NCBI GenBank assembly: GCA_040954595.2
Contig: CM082578.2
Location: forward strand, 7,177,519 to 7,241,518
Direction: 5' to 3'
Source: Balanoglossus misakiensis
Taxonomy: Eukaryota; Animalia; Hemichordata
DNA: 64,000 nucleotides
In this document: positions 52,223 through 64,000 of the stretch, piece after piece
How the letters are laid out: every line of letters begins with the position of its first letter
Numbering within the stretch: position 1 is the stretch's first letter
The notes under the pieces: model-generated
The model's database searches: none
What the model saw: the letters and a program-made list of their open reading frames with translations, nothing else
What the model was told of the DNA's origin: nothing
Made by a program: the position numbers and the translations under genes

Positions 52223-52706
52223 TGTATTGGCTGTCTGGCTCAAAATTTTGATAAGAACCATTTGGTAAGAGGCCAAGGATAGAATTTCTCACATTTTTCT
52301 CTCTCTCTCTCTCTTGGTTGACCTGATCTTCCAAAGCCGGAAGATAAAAATAACCCCATGTACTTGACCTGCGTTTTGCGGAAAAAAAATAATATAGGTT
52401 TCAGAACTCTCTCAGGGTTTGATGTTTAGATTCAGTGACCGACACGGCGACTGAATTCACCCCATTTCAAAATAAATACAGAAAGAAGGTTGTATTACAG
52501 TGTTGTATCTGGAAACGTTCAGAATTGGCCGTTTGCTGTGACAGAAAGATGGTAGATGAAGTATTTGCACCATCACCTCCAAGGTGGTGATGGAGTGATT
52601 TAGGTGCCTGTGTACATCTCTCGTCTGGTGAGAGGGGCAACGTTTGTGGTGATTCTTGTGTGCGCAGCGGGCAGCTGTAGTTGAATGAGCATCTTTTACT
52701 CTTTAA

Positions 52707-53083
52707 GGTAGTGCTTGCTCTGAAAATCAAAGTCCTAAAACTTTCTTAATGTTTGCTCAAAGCAATTTAGGATAATTCTCTCTTTGAGAATAAAAATGGG
52801 GGGGGGGGGGGGGGGGGGGGGGGTCACCACGCAAAATTTTGGATGAGAGAGCGAAATTGTCTCAAATTGTTTCAAATTGGAAATTCAAAATGGCCGCCAA
52901 TTTCTGTGTTAAGTTTATGGAGAAAATTAAATAATTATGCTATTTTCATCAAAACAAGACAGTGAGCACCCAGTGTTCTTCTTTGTTTTCAAACTGACTC
53001 CTCGCACACTTTAATATAGCAAAGAATTGGACTATCATTTTTTTCTGCTAATCTGTCCCCCTGGAACAAGTACTACATGTACC
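52707..53083. mobile_element. TTAA-flanked non-autonomous DNA transposon (Kolobok-like), ~377 bp, with an internal poly-G run
   Basis: TTAA at 52703-52706 and 53084-53087; left end GGTAGTGCTTGCTC versus reverse-complemented right end GGT[ACATGT]AGTACTTGTTC; internal AATTCAAAATGGCCGCC motif. Confidence 0.7.
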
Positions 53084-56000
53084 TTAACAACCTACATTAG
53101 AATTGAAGTGGTTTCACATCTTGACAGGTGGAAGGGCATGCGGGGCCTTGGAACTCTCCCCCTGGTAGATTATAAAAAGAATTTAACTACTTACATAAGT
53201 TTTATTAGCCACCAAAAGAAGGCCGGCTGCCGTCAGAACGAGCGGACGGGCAAATTTAAGGAGAGAACTTGTGTCCGACAAGGCTGGACATTTCTTTGTG
53301 AAAGTTTAGAGTGTACAAAATTGGTAGTCCAGTCCCTTATATTGCTCAGAAGGATAATTTATGTGGGAGACAGTTAATCCCTAACACTGGTAGCAGTAAA
53401 TTTTCTTTAGAAAGCGCTGGCCAGGTAGTTGTGCGGTAATTAGCACATGGGTGAGGATGAGCGTGGTGGTTGACACAGACGTGCCAAGGGTTCTTTTTGT
53501 CCCCTTTGTTTGCCCAGGGGAGAGTGAAAAGCCAGGGCTTAACACCAGGACTCCTTGTATCGAAAACAATAAATTTAAAGTAAGAGTAAATATTGAGGGT
53601 TTATTTCTTGGTGCTTGAGCTACTACTGTGAATGGGACGTGAGAAGTGGGGGGGGGGGGGGGGAAATTGGGGTATTCACCCCGTTGAAATAAAGGCTAAG
53701 TTCAAACTGTGTGAAAAATAAACAAGCAACGGATTAGCAATGGTTCCTTTTTATCCATCCCGGAAAAAGTCTCAGTCCGAATCCCTATGTGGTCTTTGTG
53801 AGAAAAAAAACCCATCCTAATACCGCAAAGACTTCTGAAAGAAACGTCTTGAGTTTAATCCGATGAACTTGCAATTCCCAAAACAGTTTTAAAGAGAATT
53901 CCATAAATTGGTATAATAACATTCATAGCACCCTCGTGCTAATGGTTGTAACCTTGATGTGCCAGGTTTGGCCCAGGGAAAGCAGCCGGGACTGTTTCTT
54001 AAATTGGATATGTTTGCAGTTTCCCTCAGGACAGCTGCTGGCATTTTGAGTGTAATGTGGACGGTCTCCTCAGTAGGCCGTGGAATGAGAATGCAATCAC
54101 AGCTCAGATGTATTTGTTTCTCATGTAAACAAATGATTTGTCAAATGGATTTTCACCTTGAGTGAAAAAAAAACTAGGCACCTGTGGAAGTTTTGGTTCC
54201 CGACACGATCAGAATGTTTGATCTTGGCACAGACATTATTTCCAAAAAAAAATCGTCCTACAACAAAACAAAACAAAGTGAAGTCCTTTTGTGTGTTGTA
54301 CACTGGCCGTTGTCCGGGGTGACATCATTGTGGGTCTGTCATTGCAGGTGTGTGCAGATAGGATAACACGGCGACGTGACAGATCTAGTTCTGTAACTCA
54401 CAATTCCATTTAGTCTTTTTTTATTTGAAGTCCTCCACTGGAGTGGGATCATTAAAATCCCCGCGAATTCCTTCAGGTGTAGCACCTTTGACTTCAAAAG
54501 CTGCTTTTCAGCCGTAAATACCGGTGTCTGCGAACCCTGGCTGTGTGTATAAGACTCTACCATTTCCCCGAAGAGGGGTTGGCAGGAATCGACGTCATTT
54601 TGGGGTGTGGGGACTATCGCATCTGCGGTAAAACTCTAGGGCCGGCATCGGTTTATTTCACAGCTTGTCAAAATGTATTTATCATACAGCTTCCTAAGTA
54701 GACATTGATGCGTTCTGACACGGCATTTACTGGTTGCTAAGCAGTTTGCCTACTATCAAATCATGGTTAGTTTAATACAATAAATCTTGTCTGAATAAAT
54801 TTTGTCCCATTGTGACTCATGTTTTGTAGAAAGAAACAAATACAGAAGCTAATTCATAAAAATACGAGAATTTGTAATATTTAAGGATCTATTTTGAGGA
54901 CAAGTTTTAAGAAATGTGACACTCGAGTCAATAATTTTTTTTTTTCATGTGTGGTATTATACCATGTTGAAAATGAGGATGTTGGATATCTTGGTAAATT
55001 TGTTATTATAGTAGTTCTCAATCTAAAATTTGCATAATAATGTGTATTTTTTTCTTTCATTACTGTAAAGTGCACTTAGCAAAGTCACAGCAAATGTTTA
55101 CAACTAAGGCTTTTTGAGTTTGAAGGTGAGTACATGTATATATATAACATGTTGACTGGCAGATTCCATCACTATCGCAGGATTTAGATAAAAAAGCAAG
55201 CTGCTCAGTATATTTATAAACTGAAAATGATTGCAGTGGACTTTTAAGTACACGTTGAAGAATGGGGCCCACAATAACATTGTGATGTTGATGGCTTGGT
55301 GGCCACCGGCAAGGATAGAAAATGCAGATTTGGAGGAGACGGGTATTGTGAGGAGAGACTGTGGCTGTCCCAAGGAGATGACTTGGGCAGACATGAACAG
55401 AGACGACGAGGCAAGCACGCAGACGGACAGACAATTTGTTCTAAAACTGTCAACAAATAGGAACCACGAATTCACCACAGATGGAGATTTAGTTAAAACA
55501 GTTCCGATAGCACAATAGCCAGTAAACGCTTGCCGTGACTGACTGACTGACTGAAGGAGTCAGCTGGCATGAAATCAAGGATTTTGGTCAAATACTCGTG
55601 TACAAACACCTGATACCATTGAAACCTGGTCTTCATGCCTGTAGTTGCTCCTGTGTTCGACATTGTTCACATCACTGTTTCCAGTGAAAGGAGTTCACTG
55701 GCTGGGGATATAAATATCTGTGCCATTACCACATTTTCAGGAAGTCTTCCCTGAGACTTTTGAGGTCACTGTACTATTTCACTCAGTTGAGTCGCAGTTT
55801 GTAAGGGCAGACCTTTATACACTGACTGAATAACGTCTCTTCCTTTGCTTGTGCAATGAAGCATTCTGTATTAACAGCGCAAAATACCTGTTTCCACAAT
55901 AATCACGTTGTCACGTTTATTCCTTTAAGCATTAAGTTGTCGCTACGGCAGATTTTTAGGAATAAACTCAACCTGATGACGAGTAACGTTGAAAGCCTGT

Positions 56001-59000
56001 TTCCTTCAATTTTTGTTCGTTATTTCTTTTCCTTTTTTATTCATTCAAACCAAAATTAAACGGCCATTTATTGGAAATTACATCAGCAGCTCGTTTCACA
56101 TGAAAGGCAACACCAAAGCAAGTAAAAATTGATTTCCGATTCAAAGCTGGGGGGAAGAAATCTTTTTGATGCAGAAATTCAATTTGTGTCTTGGAGCTAT
56201 GTGCTAGCTACCACCATTCAATGACTTGTTGCAGTTAGAGTCTATGACGACAAGCTGTAGTAGTAACAGCAGCACACGTGAATTATTCTGTGGCAACAAG
56301 GGAACGGTTTCCAAGAGAGAGTGTACCTCAGGGCACTGTATTGATTGCTGTTGTACTGTTACTGAATTCGTCAGAAACATGTCCAATTAGCAGCATTCAA
56401 GAAGAAATATTGGCAGTGGTGCTCATGAATGGAATCCATGACACAGTATAAATATATGAACTAGATGAATATATGAGGTTTAAAACGACCACCAAACTGC
56501 CTGGCCTTTTTTTGAGGCAATTTTGGCGGTTGGTGTCTTTCATTAGGGTTTTTCTACTCATCTCCATCGTCAGCTACCTCAGAAGACGTTGGTTGTGTTT
56601 TGTGTGCATTGTAATTCATCACTGTCAGTTAGTGTGGATCTGTCTGTCTGGGGGAGGGTATCACCACACAGCACACGATGAAGGATGCAACAAATAGTGT
56701 AACATATTGAAGGGGTCGCGGGGTCACCGGTAAATCGTCTGCTGCACGCAGGCCTCATTTGCATCTTCTCTGGTTTCCCTGGAGACGCTGCAAAATATAA
56801 AAAAAAATGTATGGAAAAATATGTCAGAAGTAATGAAGAAAGAAAAAAACGAAAATCAATTATGGCAGTGTTTTTGCGCTTGTCGCGAAATTGGACGATT
56901 AATGCGTTCAGGGAATTTTGGCGCAGAAGTAAAATTTGAGAGTTGTGTATAGCGTGTTGTACGGTCGCGCTGCTGGGCCAATCAGAGAGTGAATGAGAGT
57001 GCCTGGAAACTAACTGTGGTGCAGCCAGCGGGAAAGCCAGCGTCGCTTATGAGAATTCGTCCGTCTCTGTTGAAAATGTCGCCCCTTGGTGGGGTTGCTT
57101 GTTGTTCCAAATAACACATTTGTTATGTCTCCGTGGTGAGGTTTCCCATTTGCCCGGGAACGGAGGAAAGAAATTTTAGACGAAAAAAAAGGAGAAGAAA
57201 TGCATTTGTGCTGGGAAAGACACGTGTGGCGTATCTGATTACCCTGGATGCATGCGTTTTGTTCCAGTGAAATCATAACACACGCAGGGATCCAAATTTT
57301 TTTTACGGTCGAAGCAAAAAGCAACGGTGATGATGTACTGGTAGCCGTGCAAGAGCTGTTGCAAATGAATCGTGCCTTGAAGGATTTAAAAAAAAAACAC
57401 CTTGCCTCCTCTGCCTTCGTATTCTCCCAGCCAATTGCAGGGAACAAGTGTTTGCTTACTTCATGACTCACTCCCAGGAGATTAAACACTAGTACGTGCT
57501 CATTAGAATTCAGTCCAGATCTGGTATATATTTAATTTTGATTATTGCAGTGAAATTAAAATTAAAATAATAGCTGGATAACACCTTCATTCAATAGATT
57601 TTCACGATCATATCAAATTATTGTCAATTTTTTTTCAAGAGAAAATACGCAGTTTCGTGTTTTCTTTCGAAATGTTCAGATCTGGAAATTTGAAAGTACA
57701 ATGGCAGCACTCGCAGAGAGAAAAGCTGAGGAAATGGGAACAGTGTTTGTAGGTATCAGTCTGACTGACTGGGTCTGTCAACGTTACAGACCCCACTCTA
57801 CCTACTTACAGCCGACAGTTGCTTTCATCGATGGAGGAAGTCGGTCCCCAGTTCTCAGGCTATTATGTTTTGGGCCATTAGGATCTCGTCAGCAATTCAA
57901 CGTGAATTTGCCGTTTTTTTTACCCACACTGACAGGCATTGTCTGACTCGCCTGGTCGCCAGTATTTGCGCTGAAAAGAGTCGGTCGGGTTTTTTTGAAA
58001 AAATATATACTGGGAATCCACGGGAGAGGCCGGCCCACGTTTCTGCGTGTTCATTATTTTTGATACATGACTTTTCCAGATAATTAAATCACTTTAATGG
58101 AACCCTTTTACACGCACTTCACGTTATAATTGTGTCGGTCGGTCGGTTGAATGTGGATATTGAAGTAGTTCGGGAAAGAAAGTTCTGCGTGCGCGTGAGA
58201 GAGAGAGACACGCTCTTGTTGAAATAATACAGATAGAGAATTGAAAGTGGTGACGTCACCAACCATTGTAGTGACTGCATCACTCAATACACTCCCTGTA
58301 TAGACCCTATTTATGATTGATGTGAACAAGTACGCCTGCACTTGAATTTTCGAAATTTTCACGACTATCAACTCGGTCTTAGTAACTAATTGGTAAATAG
58401 TGTATTTACAAATTAGATTACGAGTTATCTTTGTCGGCAAATCAGACTCTATTTGGATATTCCACATTGAATTACGGTGAGGTGGGAGAAAAAAATGTTG
58501 GCTGTGCAGAGCCAATGGAAAATACTGTTTAGCCCTGAAGGCTTATGTGGTGAGTTCTTTTAGAGAAGGCATTGCACCTTGACTTTAGATACTGGGTAAA
58601 CTAATAAAGCTAATATTGGTTTAAAACTTGCTGAAAGCTCTCCAGAACCAACATTCGAGCAGAATAGAACAAAAACGGAACATGCCGACAAAGGGTTTTC
58701 TAATAGTGTCAATGTTTGACTCTTTTTTTTTCTCTCTCTAACCAACGTAGCTGTTTAAGTAATATGTAGCTGAAACTTAAAATGAAATCTTCCTTTCCAG
58801 CTCAAAATATTAACCTAGATAGAAACACTGGTGAAATTATTACAGAGAATATATCGTGATTGTTCAACAGTACTGGTATGTAGGACAGCCCCGGTTGTCT
58901 GTGCAGTGGATTGGAATGCAGTAGCTGTGTTTGACAGTGTCGAACATCACAAAGAGTGCCGTGCAGTTCTAAGTTTATTTTAGAGATTTTCAGAAATTGA

Positions 59001-59628
59001 ACTTTGCTATCCTTAAGATACCTTGAAACAAAGTGTACATACACCGAGGCATAGTTGAAATACTATTCATATTATCTTCACGATAGGGTGACGCTGTAGA
59101 GATGAAGACAGTGTCAGCCTTGCCCTAGTAGTCTTAGCCTAAATTTTCAAAGCCAAGCTGATTGGAAGAATTCTTGCAACATTAATGAATTTCTTACTTA
59201 GTACACACATTTAACTTTATTATTGGCATAAAATCCAGTTTTGACACGGTATTAATGTCAATTCTTGCACCTGCTGGACTAATAGGAGTTTTGACTTAAA
59301 AAATGATTTTTCTAAGCAGCACACTCTAATTTGGCAGAAGTGGTGTTTGTCAATCGAAAAGTAACAGTTTATAGCAAGATTGCCCTTGTTTGGCCTTAGT
59401 TAATGAGTACATATTTAAACTGAAATGATTTGCAAACTGTCAAGTTCAAAGTAAATAAACAAGAGTGTTGGTCAACAGAGCTGTTTGCTAACTCGGTATT
59501 TTGCTGTAGATTCTTGGGGGGCAATTGCGTTTGTAAGCTGGTATTTACAGTTAGTGTTGTGCTTAGTTGCGGAATGTGTCGGCATATCTGTGGTTGGTGT
59601 CTTGTTGTTCCTCTTTGTATTCATTTAA

Positions 59629-59712
59629 CCCTTTCACCCCAGTTATATGTTTCCAGGTCCAACCGTACCATAGAAAACAATGGGTTTGGACTGAACCATT
59701 GTAGTGAAAGGG
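59629..59712 (+). mobile_element. ~84-bp piggyBac-like mini-element, copy C
   Basis: TTAA-CCCTTTCACCCC...ACCATAGAAAACAATGGGTTTGGACTGAACCATTGTAGTGAAAGGG-TTAT. Confidence 0.8.
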
Positions 59713-61613
59713 TTATAAACTCATCGCAGACCCTTACTGCTGGGTTTGCAGTCATACCACCCCCTTGACTGTTTGTGATAGGGAGTGATGGGGGGGGGGG
59801 GGGTGTGCATCTAGAGAATAGACATGGTAAAGATGCTTGAGTAATTGTCTATTTTTCGACCTTGTAATAAGATGTTTGGCCTGCAGTTATGGTACCAGTG
59901 ACTTCATCAATGACTAGGCCAATGCTGTTAGAATTCCCATCCAGTCATTTGACTATTCCCGTATGTTCATAAGGTTAATGAAAAAATATAATAAAATGAC
60001 AGGTGAAAAGCTGAATTTTCCACAAAATGTCATCACATATTCCTTCCTGATCTCTTCCAGAGTTCCAGCAGTCATGCTATTCTTATCTATTATCAATGAT
60101 TCATTTTTTCTGTATGCATGAAAATTCTGAGATCAGTCAGAGGGAAAAGAGGCTTTTTAGTTGACATAAGGGGGAGGGGATTATAAAAACCTTTTTTAAT
60201 TCCCTGAAATCTGTTCAGGATTACTAAGCGCATATTAATAACTGAGGTCGCCTGTGTTATCTCAGTCGAACAGACAGGTCGTGGTGTCACAACATTGCAC
60301 ACACACACACAAAAAAACCAGCAGCCAAGGTTTACTTTGTAACCACAGAGCTTTGCAACGATCCCGAAATGGTCAACAACAGTTCGCATTGTCTGAAGAT
60401 ACAGCTACTTAATGTCTAAGACACTGATTTGCATTGGGGGAATTTTCAGCTCCCTCGCACAAGAATAATGCAGAAGGCCAAGAAGCCAAAAAGTTACCAC
60501 GGCTCCTGTGTTTGTTACATTCCGACGTGTAGAATGAAACAGATGCAATCATTGGTTTGTTTTGCAGTGTTGATCTAGTGTATCGCACATTGAAAAAAAC
60601 CCCCTGAAAATCAGGTGTCACGATAATTTATTGTTGAGATATTCTTATTTATCATGTTCTACATCGGTAGATATATAAATAGAAAGGGAGGCAATATACA
60701 CCCGGCCATTGCACTTTGTCTGAGATGCTTTGCTGCATTCTGATCACTAAGGGCTTGATGACGTGATTGTGATTGTTTGTTTGATTTTTTTACGCGATTT
60801 CCATGTGCACCGATCGGCATTGCTGAAGTATGCGAGAATCGCGCCGGTGCCACAAGCGCCTTGTTTGTTTGATTTAGCATGCACGTGTTCGAACAATGCC
60901 ACGGTATCGGAATCCGACTAGTATCTATAATTTTGTAACCCAGAATCCAGGAGTTGTTGAGTACACACAACGTGTCCACCGGCAGCACGACAACACCGCC
61001 CAGTGGCCAGTCACATTTCCAGCCCTGACGACCCGTAGACTGAAAACCTTTCAAAGTCTCATCAGAATCTCAGAAACAGGACCCTAATGTAACCTACATC
61101 GATCTTTACACAGCTGCACTCATGAGTAATGTCCTATGATATCCGTGTTATCGCTAAAACCTATCCTAGTTTGTTTGACAAAAGATTGAACTGTTAACCC
61201 CCAGAGTTGGCACAGATATTATCCCCTTCACATTTTACAATAACGCCGTGGAAATCCATCGATATTTGGCGTGCCCTCTGAAAAAATAAAACGCTGCTCT
61301 TTGGAAGGGAGTTTACACGTAACATTAACTCGGAGCAGTTTCCAGTCTCTGGCTGTCGTGGATTAGCAGATATGCATTACCTGGTACATACATCGATAAT
61401 ACCGGTGTTTGGCGTTGCTTATCTGAAATCAGACAATCCCCTGCAAAATGTACTCAAGTCCATCTGTACATGACATTCTATCTGGGGTATCAGCGTTATC
61501 TACTGTACAATATCTGTGCTTTGTGGATGACACTTAAAAAATCTTCCTTCAGTAGAACGGGTCGATCAGGGTGTTTGTGATGAAAGGGGGGGGCTCTGGG
61601 CGTAAACTGCACC

Positions 61614-61616
<3 letters not shown>

Positions 61617-61652
<36 letters not shown>
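61617..61652 (+). repeat. (CT)n microsatellite; further (GA)n runs at ~36967-36990 and ~38500-38530
   Basis: Directly visible. Confidence 0.95.
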
Positions 61653-61655
<3 letters not shown>

Positions 61656-62777
61656 CGCACAGGATCTCTAAGCCTTGTGTAGACAAACAGCTACTCGAAA
61701 ACAAATAAAAAGCATTCCACTGTGACCCTGAGATGGGGATGGGCAGAGAAGCGTCACTAATTGTAATCACTCCTGGCCGTAAACACCCTCATCAACTAAT
61801 TTCTGTCAGTAATTGAATTAAACCATTTAGTACTTGGCCCAGTACAGCTGCATGTATTTTCCTTACAACCCCATAGACCTCCCCTAAGGAAACACAACTT
61901 TATTTAAAGTGCAAATAATCAAGTCTTTTTCCCATCCAGATGCTGTGTCTTCTACTATAGGTCTCTCTGCGCTACCACAACAAATAAAGCTCTCATATTT
62001 TTGCCATAAATCAGGGCTGCTTAATGGCCGTCGGGATGCCTCCAGTTGCCCTGACCTGGAAATCACTCCCTCATCAAAGGTCTCTGTCCTCCACAACTCC
62101 CCCCTTGATATTCCGGCACATGTCACATCTGCTACACTTCCTCTCGTGCTCTCGGATCTACGAGCTCTACGAACTCCATTCATTGCCACCCAACGGCATG
62201 GGACTTCTCCTCAAGGCCAATTGGCAGAAGCCGTCTGTTAAAAAAAAAGATTTGGCGGGGGCCGTCTTTTTGCCATGTGCTTCCGAGTTAAATTGTTTCA
62301 ATTTGCACCGCCATTGTCTCGTCGTCGTTCCTATTTCCAGCGTTTACGATAATTGATGAATGACGGTGGAAATAAAACGCGCCAGACCGAGTTTAATTTG
62401 ACCCAGGAATTTCAGAGAAAATGCAAATTGGACAGGGGGTGGCTATTTATAGACCATTCAGCGCTTCAAGATGACACTTAGGTATGTCTGTCTGCCGCAT
62501 TCTTCAAATTCTGTGAAGGTGATATAGTCAAAGCAAACGCTCCGTGACAGGTTTTTTCTCCCGCAGACCTTTTCCAGCTCTGTCATTCAAAGCGTTCAGA
62601 ACCTTGAGAAGTCGTACGATGCAGTTGTGGCGGCTCTAGAAACCGGTGCTGTTTTTACGGCTGTACATCTGTGCACAGATACTAATTCCCTTTGAATGTG
62701 ACTTATAAATATATGTTTCTAAGTACAAGAAAGTTAGCAACAGTGCTGTGTTATCGTTGTTGATGATTGTGTGTGTT

Positions 62778-62862
62778 CCCTTTCACCACCATGGTTCGGT
62801 CCGAATCCGTCACTTTCTACTGTAGAGTTAGACCTCAAAAGAGGGAACCGGGGGTGAAAGGG
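62778..62862 (-). mobile_element. ~85-bp piggyBac-like mini-element, copy D (more diverged)
   Basis: CCCTTTCACCACCATGGTTC...GGGGGTGAAAGGG-TTAA. Confidence 0.75.
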
Positions 62863-64000
62863 TTAAACCACGGCCCACACACCCATACTGTGACTGTTTG
62901 TAAATTTTGTCTGCAAGTTGGGGTGTGTTAGTGCCTTCCTACATGTACCACCAATAGGGTTTTTTCGGTTTTACTTCTAGACTATAACTGTGCAGTCCGT
63001 GTGTCCTGTGTGGGACCTCGGTGGCAGCCCAGCTCCCAGACGATCGATTCCGCCATGCAAAATGCATTCCTTCTAAAAATTCATCACTTCAATTGCTCTG
63101 TTTATGACCTCTTGCAGTGGAATTATAATGGAAGCTATGACCTAGTGAGCACACTCAAATGATGTGTTAATACACTTCTGTCGCTTTCTGGCGAATCAAT
63201 GCATAACTTTATGAAGTTTGCCCTCCTTACATCATGAGGATATTAACCTCGTATCGATTTCTAAGTTTCTTTTTAACACTTTTTTTATTGATAATGAAAT
63301 CACAGAAGCATGTCAGTCATAGGTTAGTTGTAACTTTATATTTCTATATGTAGAAATCGGGGAATCTATGTCCAAAGTAAACTGTTAATATGGAATGAGT
63401 TTAGTGTACCTATAAAATCTTAATCAATTAAAAGTAAGACTAGATGTCCATTTTGAAGGTTTTGTACCTGTGTTTACTACCAGTATTAGCATACAAGGAA
63501 ATTATATGTCAGAATTTCCTTTGGGCATCGATGGTTTCCGGTGGACCTTACAAAATGATCAGTCAAACGGCAACTGTCAAAAATCAATTTCCTGTGGGTG
63601 AACTTGGCATTGTGTTTGAAAACAAAAACTCGTAAAAAACGAGAGCCGCCATAATCAGCCAAATGTGAAGGTCAGCGGCCTCATTAATCTATCAGAAAAG
63701 ATACAAGCATGTAGTTTGTAAGTTGTTCCCTGCAAGGACTACCATTGTGTTGTTTATAACCAGATGTGGGTTGGCGTAGTGGCATTGACGTGTCGATGGA
63801 TGTCTGTGAGAAAAATGCTGGTAGGGGCGCTATCATGGTGTATACTTAAACTGTACTCCAAAGTTTATCTCTCTGGGTGTAGTTTTTTTTTTGGGGGGGG
63901 GGGGGCGGAGGCAAATTTCTTGATTGGCATAGTGATGGATTTGCGTATGACATTTTGACTGGTAGCAAGTCACGCTTACTATGTACTGTTGCCATGGCAG

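Larger units (their letters stand above)
34771..64000 (+). other. Very large PDZRN intron 3 (over 29 kb, continues beyond the window)
   Basis: No exon encoding the expected VNG..L....H.EAV continuation of PDZ1 was found by eye in the rest of the window. Confidence 0.75.

Noticed and set aside
62567-62695. Good-looking acceptor (ttttttctcccgcag) with a short open frame as possible exon 4
   Set aside because: Translation (TFSSSVIQSVQN...) does not match the expected VNG continuation and ends in a stop.
1-64000. CRISPR arrays, rRNA, tRNA, operons or prokaryotic defence systems
   Set aside because: The sequence is intron-rich animal DNA; no regularly spaced repeat-spacer array or intact structural RNA gene was seen.

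Overview
This is eukaryotic (animal) genomic DNA, most likely an invertebrate deuterostome; the repeat style suggests a hemichordate, which is an inference only. Almost all ORFs in the supplied track are spurious. Two spliced genes lie on the + strand. The first is the 3' part of a contactin-family gene: 11 coding exons from 458 to 5243, about 531 aa, encoding the last Ig domain, four FN3 domains and a GPI-anchor signal. The second, after about 27 kb of UTR and intergenic DNA, is the 5' part of a PDZRN3/PDZRN4 (LNX3/4) RING E3 ligase. It has 3 coding exons (32109-34770) encoding RING, TRAF/SIAH-type zinc fingers, a coiled coil and the first half of PDZ1, followed by an intron of more than 29 kb running past the window end. 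The head-to-tail contactin->PDZRN pair matches vertebrate CNTN1-PDZRN4 and CNTN3-PDZRN3, suggesting ancient microsynteny. Non-coding DNA holds several non-autonomous DNA transposons (TA-, TTA- and TTAA-flanked), a four-copy ~85-bp piggyBac-like mini-element, a SINE fragment, a decayed transposase-like relic, microsatellites and poly-G/C tracts. I found no clearly new biological system. The best leads are the conserved gene pair and giant intron, a candidate MGCN-starting alternative first exon, and uORFs in the PDZRN leader.
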